64,000 bases of DNA from Blasia pusilla (lineage: Eukaryota). The position numbers were made by a program, and so were the translations under genes. Location of the stretch: positions 43,896,001 through 43,960,000 of the forward strand of contig CM114271.1 of the NCBI GenBank assembly GCA_050084515.1. The letters run 5' to 3'. This document shows, one piece after another, positions 11,837-24,725 of the stretch (position 1 is the stretch's first letter; each line of letters opens with the position of its first letter). The notes under the pieces were generated by a model that made no database searches, had not been told where the DNA came from, and worked only from the letters and a program-made list of their open reading frames with translations.

Positions 11837-13432
11837 ATGGCTCTTTCTCAGAAGTTAGCCCAGTTTAATAAGCAGCAGGAGAAGTTGCAAGCATCTTTAG
11901 CAAAAATCACTGCTTCGCGTCCAGTACCAGCTCCTCAACCTAAAGCCGCTGTGTCTCGCAAGGCGCCTTCTCTTCCTCCTTCTCAAAACGTTGTACCCTT
12001 TGCGCAACGATTCTCGTTCACAAATGACACGGAAAAGCTTCAACAAATCGCGACCATCAGGAGGGCTCCTGTTGGAGCTCAAATCAAGCGTGTTCTTGAT
12101 CTTTTGCTTGAGGTCTGTTTTGAAATTCATGATCAAGTACATAGCTATCACCTCATGAAAATTCAATCTCTATTTCCGATATTATGTGAGCCCGATTAAT
12201 TCGCCGGTAGGACGTTAGTTTTAAGGCAGGCACTCGTCTCCTCAGACTATTCTGACTCGTTGTCCCGTTTTCATACTCAGACAAGGCAGTCTCTGCTGCC
12301 CGAGGAAATAAATGATATGTGCTTTGTGGATGTCTCGGCAAACAAAGATCTGTTTGAGAGCCTCAAGAGCAACGTGAAAGTGTCGTTTGATGGAAAGCGA
12401 TTTGCCTACAAGGTAGATTGTGTTACTTTCTCCTGCCACGCTCAATCCCTAAATTGCTACGAAGCGGTTCTTGATCATGGATACAGTTGGTCCTTTTGCA
12501 GCAGTCATACTGTTAAGATTTCTCGTGCTTCCACAAATTTTATGCTAAGAATCGTTCCCAGCTGAAACGAGGGCGTTTACTCTTGGTGTGGAGTTTGATC
12601 TTATAGCTCTCCTCTGTTGGTCTTGCAGTCGAAGCACGATGTGAAGACAAAAGCAGAACTATTGGTGCTGATTAGAAAGGTTCCAGAAGGTATCCCCATG
12701 GGAGACTTGAAGGACTCATATCCAGGAGTAATGAATGACGTGCAGGTGCGCATGTGCACACGTATTGGGGAGTTTTCTGGCTACATGGTTGTGGTGTAAA
12801 ACTTGTTGTTACTTAGTCAACAACCTTAGCTCTTTAATGGGAGAGTTAGGGTCCTCCACCTTGGAGAGAAGCTGGTAATTGGTGTAATTCTGCGCAAGTG
12901 ATAGCCAGTAATCGTACTGAGAGGCCCTGATGTGAGAGCTGCTTCTGTTTTTGAGTTTGTTCCATCTCTTGAATAGGCTGTGATTCGCATTTGATGCTTT
13001 GCTATATGCACCCAGGCAAAGGCATTTGAGTAGTGACTTTTCCAGGCCTTGAGGTGCAAGGCCTGACATTTACACTCTTGCCTCTTGTTACAGGAGCTGA
13101 AAGTGAGCGGGGATATTTGGTTGCTCATGAATAGTGATTCTCAGGAGGACATTGCTTATCCTAACGACCCCAGAATCAAAATAAAGGTTGATGAGGATCT
13201 GAAGCAACTCATTAGGAGTATTGAAATGCCCCGGGAGTTTATTGATGTTGAAAGAGAGTTGACGAAAGCAGGGATGAAGCCTGCTACAAACACAGCCAGG
13301 AGGGAGGCTCTCAAGGGTGCATTGCGCACTCAACAGACCCAGAAGAAGACGAAGAAAAGACGAGAGACTAAACGAACCAAATACACAAATGCTCACTTGC
13401 CAGAGCTTTTCCAGAATCTGCAAGGACTGTGA
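11837..13432 (+). CDS. GTF2E2: Transcription initiation factor IIE subunit beta (TFIIE-beta/TFA2); 4 exons
   Basis: Exons 11837-12112, 12281-12412, 12629-12745, 13094-13432 join in frame with GT-AG boundaries. Motifs PVGAQIKRVLDLL, LFESLKSNVKVSFDGKRFAYKSKHDV, DLKDSYP, DIAYPNDP, KKRRETKRTKYTNAHLPELF are typical of plant TFIIE-beta. Confidence 0.92.
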
Positions 13433-15219
13433 TTAGATTTTACCGATTCTGTATCCTGGGTTACAATTGTACATCACAAATATGGAAACTGCTCCCTTTC
13501 ATGCAACCCACTCTATTCTTGTCCAGGAAACCACGATTTTTCAAGAGGCGTTTGACACCACTAACATAGTACAGAGATTTAGCTCGTGCCATTGTGTGAA
13601 ATCCCAGAATGGGTCAGTAGCAACCATCGAGGACTAACTCCTAGTTCAGGAGAATGCACTTCAATGAATATACTGTGGAAAATTCAACAAAGATGTCACC
13701 ACATTTTGTCGAATCTGGTGTAGTTGGATGACTTTCAGGTCACTAAAGTGCGGAATCATGTTTCAACTGGCTTGCATGTCTTTTAGTGGCTTCTGTGGTG
13801 GTCTATCAGGTCTTGTCAGGAGGTTTGTTTCCCTTACCCATGAAACTGTTTCTGACTAGAATGGAGAGAGTATAAAGTCAATCAAAACTGGGATGTGTTG
13901 TTTGTTGACAATAGTCATCTACACATGAAAACCTTGGACTGAAATGTCCTGCATTGCACAACTAGAAATTCTTATGTATATGCAGTTATTACCTAGCTTG
14001 GAAGGTGACTCAGGCTTTTATGAAAATCTTACCAGCCTGTGACTGGTAGGAACCAGCAATATCTGAGAATGGAATACTTCAGTTGCTTATCCCATCTTAC
14101 TTATTGCACTTGGTAATTGGTTTGCACAATTGTTTTGTATCCCTTTCGATTCAGTGCAGCAAGTCAGGAAGGATATTAACGTTCTCACTGAGAACCATCT
14201 TACCACCAATCCATCAATTACATTCAGCACATGTGGTGAGCATGATTTCCCCAGAAGTGGACTAGAGGTTAATAGTCAAGAAGAAGAGTATTCCTCTGAT
14301 TTAGGAGTGTGGATGTAATCCAAGTTTGCTGGGATAGCCATGCATCCAGAACATGGGATTCATTGCACGAAAGATGTCTTGGTCTAGTTTTCTGATGGGG
14401 TGCTGCTCCTTAGATACTACTTTTTTGTCCTTCGCTTCCCCCCTTTCTTTCTTTTCCTAAGTAAGAATGTTGTCTGCCGAACCTGGTAGCTTGGTCACCC
14501 GCAATCAATCATGTCTTATACCTGCCTTCACATGCTGTTTGACAATGAGGCACAAGTGTATTTGCTGGATACGGTTGTATCTTCCAGGTTCTACATAGGA
14601 TGGAATGGTGTTCTCATCTAATGCAGATTGCGTTGGGCTGGTGTTGGCAGGATGCTAGTGGAGTTCTGCTGAGAAACTAAGATTCACCAGATTCTAAACG
14701 TACAGGAGCTCTAGCAGCCAGTCTTTGGGTTCTCTGACACTGATATGTTAAACTATGTACTTAGATCACGAAAGGTGGTTGACAGCGACATTGAGGAGAG
14801 CAAGAGATGTTGCCTACATAAATGTGTGGACAAAACTTGACTCACGTCACCAAAAAAAATAAGAAACACCTGGCTATGTTGTCAGGGACCGAGTCTGATT
14901 TTTATGGATCAGACTTCGATCTGCAGTGTCAAAGAAACTGATATTTTTGGAATGGCACTAAACTGGAAGAGTGTAACCACCAATTATGCTGCAATGGTAG
15001 TCCATCCATCCATCCACTATGCTAATATCCATCCATCTCATATATTCGCCACTGAAACTCTGGTGTTCCTTTCGTGATGGTGCAGGAGGCGCTACTTGGA
15101 ACTTAAACTTGGAATGTTCCGCTGCCACGTTCAGATTTTAGACAGTACAGGAAAGAAAATGCACTCTACATCACGATCACCAAACACAATCCAGTCTCCA
15201 ATTGGAGACCAGTCTCAGG

Positions 15220-15320
15220 GTATCACCAGACAGACACCAGTCGCCAATTGCATGAGTTCTAGGATCACCAGACACAAACCGGTTGCCAATCGCTCATCAG
15301 TTTCAGGAGTACCAGACACC
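15220..15320 (+). repeat. ~42-bp imperfect tandem repeat (2 copies plus a partial third)
   Basis: atcaccagaca.a.acc.gt.gccaat.gc repeated, followed by taccagacac. Confidence 0.65.
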
Positions 15321-17263
15321 CATAAGATAACCTGGTGACTTATGGTCTTCACGTCATCTAAAAATCAATCTAAGGTACGAAACGCAGACCATGGGGGAGT
15401 AATTGTAGATCACCGACCTCGCCTCGCTCCAGTGGGAAACTAACTAAATCTGATCACCAAACACTGCAGAAAGGGTCACCAAACGAGAATCAGTTGTGAA
15501 TCGTCGATGGCAAGCCACCCCTTCGATCGAGGCACCTGTATCACTATCGGTTTTCCATGTACGCAGACAGTCCCGAACTCTAGCCAGCGGAGGTTCAAAT
15601 CTAAACTACTGTTCTTTATCCATTCGAATCGCCTAAACATTCGGGCGTGATAGCCAGATCGCAGTAGTGGCAAAATGGTCGCAGTCGTGGACCAGACGAG
15701 GTGAAGATTCAGTTCGAGCGAGAATATGAACCTGAATAAATCTAGCAGCGCAGCATAAACTTGTTCGATGGGTATGATTTACTGAGAGCAATGAGACGAA
15801 GAGGTATTACTGCTATCAACTACTAATCTGATTGATTTACTTTTGAATTGACTATCGCCCTTTGTACGACTGCCACAACGATTTGGGCTCTCTCTCCCAA
15901 CATATCACCTCTAATCATGCCAATTAGGTTAGACTTCTAATTGGCCACTCCATTTCTAATTTTTATTCAAGTCATTCTGAACGTAAGTTACAATGGGTCA
16001 AACTAGTTTGTTCTAGCATTCTTATTGAAGAAATATTGCTCTCCTTACAAGAAAAATCCAACATTTGAATCGTTAAGCATGATTATTAATGAAAATTTCT
16101 TTTCTTTCTAGTTAGAACAAATTTCGAACTAGTACTTTGGAACGGGATATGTATTTTGAAAACATTCATAAAGACAAGTCATTGTGAGATGAAAAACCTT
16201 CATTACACTTCAGCTTGATCACATGCAAAGTTTTCCGCACATTTGATTACGGATAAAATCCTTTCCTCCACTACCTCTACCCCATTACTTCTTTCATCGC
16301 CCTTATGTTTTCTTTCTCTAAACCATATTCCTGTATTCTCAACCTATGTAAATGTCTCTAAAACTAAGTACTATGTTAACCATTTATATTTCTATCATTG
16401 GAATAATTTTAGAGATAATATAAAAGCTCTGAATACCCTCAAAAAATCAAATCATTTCAGATTTCCTATCTTCTTTTAAGCCCCACATGAGAGAAGTGCC
16501 ATATTGGGACTTTCCGATGACTTTTCCTGAAGTATCTATTAGGGCGTCTCAAAAATAGACCGTACGTTCGGTCGTCACAATCCACAACTTTTTATACAAT
16601 CAAATTCTGTTTGTCGATGCATGGTACCTTCGAAGGTGGACACGCACCCCTTACGACCGGACGTCCAAGTTCATTTATCACTTTGTTTAAGTCGCACGCC
16701 CTGAAAACTACAGAGTCAAATAATGTTGAAGTTCTTGTGACGTAATTTGAGGTCGCCTATATTTTATGGCCAAACTTCGGAAGCACATAAAAAAATTTAC
16801 ATCCACTATATGAGACATCCTATTGACCCCAAAGTTTTAGCTACTACACCAACCTATAGACCATTTTTTTCGCAATTCAGTATAGTTTTGAGCTTTCTTG
16901 CCCAATCCCTAATCATATCAAAGTACAAGAAGTTATTGCCCCAAACTTGGTTGGTTTCATGGGAATCAATGAATGTTTCATTCATTAGTTCACACTTTGC
17001 ACTCTTGAGTGCAAAATCCCAAGTTTGCACACAGACAAAGTCCATACTCGCAGACGTATGTCCGCCCCTAGGACAAAAAATTCCGCGCGGCCCACACTCG
17101 TGTCCGCCCTGCCCACAACGTAGACTTGGGCTCAATTAGCCCACACCTAGTCCACCTATCCATTCCCCATTCTTGCCACCCGTTTTGTAGCCTGCGCCGA
17201 GCCCTTGTCTCACTGGTAGAGGCCAACATCGGCATGTGCAAGACCCGCAATTGGTCTACTCAT

Positions 17264-20200
17264 TGTCGCGATCCTCATAACCAAACAAACACCAAATAGG
17301 TGCCAAGCGGAACATCATAACTCAAGTGGACTCACGCTGCGATAATTGCGCTTTGGAGAGGCTTTTGGAAAGATCTCTTGAAAAAGTCCAAGACACAAAA
17401 CGCAGAACAGAGTTGTGTGTTTCATGCATTAGTGGTCACGACCAGGAAACCTAGACCAAAGGTGAACCAAGACTTGAGAAGAGTTGAGTCTTGGAAGGTT
17501 GGTTGCCACTGAGGTGAGAACCAATTTTGAAATGCGACTAGCATTCGGGGAAGTTGACTGTATTTCGGACCATAACGTTTAGCCCCAAGATGTGTTCGAA
17601 ACAAGTAAGGGCGCGTTGGAAATCTTATCTTGAGACGCTTCCAACGCATTAGAAGACTGAGATATTGGCCGAAGACAACTCTAAGAGCAATCGGGTTGAG
17701 GGCCAATTGGAGAGGCCCGGGTGTCTTTTACTAAAACTAGGCAATCTCGGAGATCCGCAGAAGTACTAGTAAGGGAGGAGTCTCTTCAAGAAGTCTTGGA
17801 ACACGAATCCCCACTTTCAGCACCAAACAGCGTCTCAAGGGTACGGGATGGAATGGAAGTTTGGCCCCGAAACTAGGAAGGGCTTGATGAGAGACCGAGA
17901 CGAGAACTCGGAAAGTTAGCCCGCTGATTGATCAAAGACCCGACTAACCAGAGTGCGTGTTTGGATGCAGATCAGCGTTGAGAGCGTGACCTACTGAATG
18001 CACGCTTCCGCAACAACAAAGATTAACGTTCAAGGAGAGTAGGTGCACGACACAACCTGGTATCAGAGCAAATCCTTGGTGAGTGTGAACTTGGGGTCAT
18101 AGAAGATCTGGAAATTTGAGAAGTACTCAAGGTGGCTAGAAGACGGCGACGCTCGAGGAGGAACGCAAGAGACGAGGAGGAGATCTGAGAAAGCGAGGAC
18201 TTGCAAATGGCGACCAAGGGCGAAGAACTAAGGAAGCCGCGAGTCAAATCAAAAAAGTCGAGAGACAAATCAATGACGGGCTGTCAGCCTGAGGTAGATA
18301 TAGCGACTACCGAAGTGCCAAATGAGGATGTTCCAAACGCGAATCTTTCCGCGGGGCCTTAGGCTCCAAACTCAAACGACCCGGCCTTTTATATCCAGAT
18401 GATGGATTTGATGAAGGTGATGGCAGACCAGATGTCCGAACAGAGCAAGGTGATCGTAGAACTCAAGTCGAATACAGCCTCTAGTTCGGGCAAGAAACTT
18501 TGTAAGACAAATTTTCCAACGCCATTCACAGGAATGGGGCGTTCTCGAAAAGTAAGTGAGTTTCGAATGGAACTCGAACTTTATTTCGAAGCGCAAAGGG
18601 CAGATGAGCAAGAGAAGGTGACTATAGCGGTCACATTTTTGAAGGATCACGATCTCCATTGGTGGATGGCTCACCGTAAAGAACATCTGGGCCGTGGAAG
18701 AACTTTGAGTTTGGAAGATTTGAAGGGATTGATTGATAACCGATTCACTCCGGAATATCAAGAGTATCACGATGGCATGGAGTTTGTGATCATCTACATA
18801 GATGACATACTCATCTATTCGAAAACACTAGAGGAGCAAGTTCAACATTTGAAGAGGGTGTTTGAGAAACTCAGGGCGAACAAGTTGTATGCGAATGCGG
18901 ATAAGAGTAAGTTCGGTTTGACGAAGATCAAGTTCTTGGGGCATGTGGTTAGTGCAGATGGAGTGAGTCTAGACATGGAGAAGGTAAGTGCGATTGCTGA
19001 ATGGGAATTGCATTCCACTCTTAAGGGGATGAGGAGGTTCATCGGAGCGGTCCAGTTTTACCGGACATACGTGAAGAACTTTTCGGGAATAGTGAAACCT
19101 CTTACAGAGTGGACTGCCAAGTTTTCCAACACATCATGGACTGAGGAAGTGGATAAAGCGCTCAATGGATTCAAGGAGATCCTCTGGCAAGAACCAGTTC
19201 TGAAGCTATGGAGTTTGACCAACCATTCGAGGTGCACACTAATGCTAGTGATTTCGTGATTGCAAGAATGTTGGTGCGAAAAGGGAGACCTGTAGCATAC
19301 GAGAGCAAGAAGCTTAGCGACACCGAAAGGAGATGGCCCACTCATGAGAAAGAGTTGTTCGCAATGGTTCATTGCTTGAGGAAGTGGCGTCACTATCTGG
19401 GACTTCACAAGACTTGAGTATTTATCATAACATATCGCTCAAGTATTTTGAGACCCATGATTGTGTAACACTGAAGCAACTTTGATGGCATGATACCTTG
19501 GCATTGACGAATGTGGAGCTAATCCACAAGCCAGGGAAAGACAATGTCATTCCAGATGCGTTAAGTCGCAGGGATGAGCATATCCCATCGACGACACACA
19601 AGTCTTGAAAGTAATGAAACAGATCTGGAAAGAGGAATTTGTGAAGGATACATGAAGGATGTGCAAGCGAGTACCTTGGGAAGTGGAAGCGGGACGAGAA
19701 AGTGGCCAATCTAAGTTTGAGGCACGGCTTGCTAAGGTTTAAACAGAGCAGGATCTATGTAGACCAAGGCAAGCCACGGACCAAAGTGTTTGTGGAATGT
19801 CATGATGGACCTTTTGGCAGGACACAAAGGGGAGAAATCCACTCTTGCTGTTTTGGCCAAGAGGTTCTTCTGGCCCAACATGAAGGAAGATGTTGCTCAA
19901 TATGTGAAGACCTGCGTGACCTGTCAGGCAAACAGAGTTTCTTATGCAAAGAAGCAAGGCTTCCTTTGTCCTTTGCCAATCCCGGAGGGACCCTTGCAAA
20001 GCATTAGCATGGATTTCATTACAAGTCTTCCGGAATCTGAGGGATACAACGCTATACTTGTGGTAGTTGATCGGTTTAGCAAGTTGGGGAGGTTTATGCC
20101 AATGAGAGATTTTGCGACGGCCTACCCGACTTCCCGACTGTTCCTGGATGGTTGGTGGCGAGCTCACGGATTGCCTAGGAGCATTGTGTCCGATCGAGAT

Positions 20201-22638
20201 CTGAAGTTTACTAGTGCCTTTTGGAAACATCTATTCAAGAGGTTTAGGACCAAACTCAGCTTTAGTACGGCCTTCCATCCTCAAACGGATGGGCAAACGG
20301 GAAAAGTAAACTCGATCGTGAACCAATACTTAAGGAATTATGTGAGTGTAGACCAAAAAGATTGGGCAAAGTGGCTAAGTATGGTTGAGTATTGTTAGTG
20401 GAAATGCAAGAGCGACAAGAGCGAGCGAGGAGAAGTCTTGCTAAGGCTCAACTAAGGTACGTGAAGCATGCTAACAAAAGTCGGTGCCAAGTGAGTTTCC
20501 AAGCTGAGGAACAAGTGTGGTTGAGTATAAAGAATCTCGCTCTTCTGAAGGAATTGTCCGCAAAATTATCAGCCAAGTATGTTGGACCGAATGTGATCAA
20601 GGCACAACCGTGAGGATGTGTACACATTGGAGTTTCCAAACAAGTTCAAGATTCACCCGACTTTCCATGTGTCATTATTGAAGAATTGTCTTCAAGACAA
20701 TGTGCATTTGGAACGAAGGATGGTGTTGAGACCACAACCGGTCATCAGAAATGAGGAACCAAAGTTTGAGATGGAGACCATTGTGCGTTTGAGACGTAGA
20801 GCCGCCAAGTACGAGTACTTGGTTAACTGGAAAGGCTACCATGTGAAAGAGGCGACTTGGATTGGGGAGGCATATCTTGAACATGCACAAGAGGCGTTGC
20901 GAGACTTCAAATGGATGCAAGATAGGCACATACATTAGTACATGGTGAAGCAAAGGACATAACTTGTGACCGGGAAGCTTGGGTCGATAATCCGTTGTAA
21001 CTAGAAAAGTTTATTTGTTGCAATAAAGAATGCATGGAATTGGAGATTTGATGCTAGTGATTGTGATTTTGAGTTTGGTAGTGCATGGAAATGAGTAGTT
21101 CGTCATATGCTTAGGATGTAAGTCAAGGAGGCCAAACAATGAGTATTTGAGGTGAGAGCTTGTATTCGGATAAGGCATCTAGATCAGGACCAAGTGTTGA
21201 AGAACTAGCATTTGGACCCGCCCTAACGTCGGAGGGGTACATTAGTCTATCTTGAGGTTTTTGGGGATCTCATTCATGTTGCATGAGTGAACTTAGTGAC
21301 GTGCCTAAGTAGAATATGAGTGACCCAAAAGTAGTACGAGTTGGCTAGGTAAACAGGCGGTTGTTTACAAATAGTGAGTGAAGTGTTAGGTTGCAGACTT
21401 AGTAAGCTTATTTTGATAGTTTAGATTGGTTTTGCAAGACTAATCTAGACTGATTGAAGTGGAGATGCTAATAAATCTAAGTGTTGCAAGAGACAACCTA
21501 AGACTTATGCCAAAAGAGGAATTGCGGGTTAGCTACCAAAACGTGATTCAGTGTTAGGGTGTCGGCTTCCCAGAACTTAACATTAAAAAGGTTTGCATTG
21601 ATGAGGACATCAACCTTCTAAGGAGGGGTGAGTGTCGTGACCCTCATAACCAAGCAAACACCAAATAGGCGCCAAGCAGAACATCAGAACTCAAGTGGAC
21701 TCACGGTGCGATGATCGCGCTTTGGACAGGCTTTTGGAAAGGTCTCTTGAAAAAGTCCAAGAGATGAAACGCGGAACAGAGTTGTGGGTTTCATGCATTA
21801 GTGGTCACAACCAGGAAACCTAGACCAAATGCAAACCAAGACTTGAGAAGAGTTGAGTATTGGAAGGTTGGTTGCCAAAGAGGTGAGAACCAGTTTTGGA
21901 ACGCGACTAGCATTTGGGGAAGTTGATTGTATTTCGGACCATAACATTTAGCTCCACTATTCATTTGGGACAAATAATTGTGCGTGGTAAAGCTTATCTT
22001 GAGACGCTTCCAACGCATTAAAGATCTTAGCAAATGCATAAGCAAGGACTGAGATATTGGCCAAAAACAATTTTGAGAGCAATCGGGTTGAGGGCCAATT
22101 GGAGAGGCTCGAGAGTCTTTCCCTAAAAGTAGGGAACCCTAGAGATCCCCAGAAGTACTAGTAAGGGAGGAGTCTCTCCACTTTGAGCACCAAACGGCGT
22201 CTCAAGGGCACGGGATGGAACGGGAGTTTGGCGTTGGAACTCGATGCCCAAACCTAATCCAAGGGAGTGGACTTTGTACGCCACGCTTGGATTCCGACCC
22301 ATGATTCACTTTATGTGAGTCTCGGTTAGGGACTCATTGGATGTCCATGAGACACTTGGAACCGCCATGCACAAAATGTCGTTTGAGGTTCGTGAACACA
22401 CTAGAAAGTCTGTCCCAAGTCTTTCGAGACTTGCCTGTGTCGTAAACCGCAAAACTAGGAAGGTTGAGCTTGATGAGAGACCAAGACGGGAACTTGGAAA
22501 GTTAGCCCGCTGATTGATCAAAGACCCGACTAACCAGAGTGCATGTTTGGATGTAGATCAGCATTGAGAGCGTGACCTACTGAATACACGCTTCCGCAAC
22601 AACAAAGATTAACGTTTAAGGAGAGTAGGCGCACGACA
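17264..22638 (+). mobile_element. Ty3/Gypsy chromovirus LTR retrotransposon, structurally complete but degenerate and internally deleted
   Basis: 5' LTR 17264-18052 and 3' LTR 21633-22638 (TG...CA); 5-bp TSD CTCAT at 17259-17263 and 22639-22643; PBS TGGTATCAGAGC (tRNA-iMet type) 18058-18069; PPT aaggaggggtgag 21620-21632. Domain order gag-RT(YIDD)-RNaseH-integrase-chromodomain. Confidence 0.95.
18207..20938 (+). pseudogene. Disrupted gag-pol of the chromovirus (gag fragment, RT C-half, RNase H, integrase, chromodomain)
   Basis: FVIIYIDDILIYSKT (RT); FEVHTNASDF...PVAYESKKLS (RNase H); H...GH...CVTC zinc motif and ISMDFIT...IVSDRD...FHPQTDGQ (integrase); EYLVNWKGY...ATW (chromodomain). Several stops and frameshifts. 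Confidence 0.92.
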
Positions 22639-22656
22639 CTCATGGCGGTGTGCGGC

Positions 22657-24725
22657 CAACATGGTTGCACAAAAACGGAAAAGTCCTTCCTTAGGACGGA
22701 CATGGACGGACAAGTTTGGACATGGACATGGTTTCCAAGAGGTGGGACCTTTTAGTCCATGATGGAAGACACGGCAATGATGAAAGGAGCAATGAGGTAG
22801 GAGAGAGTGGAGGTGGAGGGAAGAAGAAATGGGGGAGTATAGAACACGAAGGCAAGTAAGGGGATTGAGAAAGAAGGGAAAGATGGGGCCCATACGGACA
22901 AGTCCTTCCATAGGACAGACATAAGTCCACGGACACGGACTTTTCCCACATGCAACCTTGGCGGCCTATGAGGGCCGATGCGGGCTTTTGCAAACAAGGC
23001 GCGGGCTAGGAAAGGGCTTGTAGTCCGCATACCCATTCAATCCCTTAATTCCAACCCCCCTTAATCCAAACCTGCACCTGTTTGTGTGTCACGAGCTTGC
23101 GCGAGCGATTGGGGTACAAGAAAAATACGGGCATGAGACCCCTTGAGCATGTTCATCCTATGGACGGACAAGTCCATGCAACCTTGCAAAATCCATGTCT
23201 TATTTCCCGCACATTTGCACTCGCCCAACACGAATTATTTGAATTTTAATCCACAGACATCACCTTAGTTTTTTTCCTTTTGCATCAATCTTAATTCAAC
23301 TCTTTACATCTCAATACTACTTGAGTATTTGTCATTCTCTCTTGAGTCCACATCGTAATAAGATGTCAGTTGCACAGAGTAGAGAAACTGGAAAAATTAA
23401 TTCTCAACCATGAGCTCCAATAGTCCCTCTATCAACTTCGTGCTCTCTTGAAGAAACAAACTTTTCAAATAATATTGTTGATTGGTATGTAGTAGGTCCC
23501 TTGCCAAGATCTTGAAGTCCATTTCTTTTGTTATATTGAGGATAAATTTTTGACTGATTGAAATGAACTTGACAAATGAAAAAAAATTAGCCTCCGTTAG
23601 CTAAGCTTGGGCCCTAAGGAAAAATTCCACATTGACTTTGGAGATTCCAATTTTACCATGTTGCAGCCTACATACTCAAGAGGTGACTCAAAGCATAAGT
23701 CTCTCCCATATTCATACTATTATGGGGATTTCCAAGTATGGCTTCTTCATTTACAAACACCTCTCTAACTGACACATGGCAATGGGGAAGCAAGAAAATA
23801 TTTTAGTAACATGGGAACCAAGAAAAAAAATCTGAATTGTAGGCGTCATTATTATTGTTTGTATGCATAGCACGGGCTCCACACTAGTTTTTATTGTTTA
23901 CTTGGGCTATCCAATTCGCCTTCAATTTTATTTTATTGAAAAAAAAAATTCATGTTGGCTCATTTTGTTGTGAGTCAATGGATATAGGTTTGTAATTCCT
24001 ATGATCAAGGGTTGATTGGTTGTTTCGTGGCCTCTTAGTGGAAGTGTGCATTTGGGAAGGCCACATTCTATGAAAGTGCAACGCAATCCTAGGGATTTGA
24101 GTATGTATTTTGTGAACATTAGAGGAGCCCATTATCACATTATAGCACTAACACAAATCCTACTTGGACATAACAACTTGAAAAGGTATCTACCTAGGCC
24201 TTTTAATTTTTGAATGGCACCTAACCAGCTCTTTTCTTTGAACACAATGTTAATGCCTATCACGTATTGATGTCATTCATTTTGACCTCAAACAAGCTAA
24301 GCTCCATGTTTTCTTTCTCTATGATTTCATAGACACGCTTGCTTCATAAACTTCTTGCTAGGAAAAGATTCTATTTTAGGTTACTCCAAAAGCGTTGAGG
24401 TAATCACAACTATCCCCTTAGTTTATTGCTTCCATCTCCCATCAAGGTTGCATGTGGACAAAGTCCGTGTCCGTGGACATGTCCATGTCTGTGGACTTAT
24501 GTCCGTCCTATGGAAGGACGTATGAGCCCCACATTTCCTTTCTTTCTCATTCCCTTTACTTGCCTCTGTGTTCCATACTCCTCCATTTCTTCCTCCCTTC
24601 ACTTCCACTCCCTCCTTCCTCATTACTCCTCTCATCCTTGCCTTGCCTTCCATCATGGCCTAAAAGTGTGGGTCCCACCCGTGTCCGTCCTAAGGAAGGA
24701 CTTGTTCGTTTTGGTGCAACCATGC
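22657..24725. repeat. Pair of ~300-bp inverted repeats (22657-~22975 and ~24435-24725) of a GGACA/TGTCC-rich repeat family
   Basis: catggttgcac.aaaacg.a.aagtccttccttaggacggaca...gcaaccttg is the reverse complement of caaggttgcatgtggac...tgtccgtcctaaggaaggacttgttcgttttggtgcaaccatg. Related pieces occur at ~7683-7727, ~23150-23190 and ~54311-54785. Confidence 0.8.
23861..23887 (+). mobile_element. Helitron-like 3' terminus
   Basis: gtatgcatagcacgggctccacaCTAG followed by T; degenerate hairpin ~8 nt before CTAG. Confidence 0.5.

Noticed and set aside
14300..14485. Apparent minus-strand Lys-rich coding exon
   Set aside because: Careful reading of the C6 run puts a stop in frame; no consistent spliced ORF was found.
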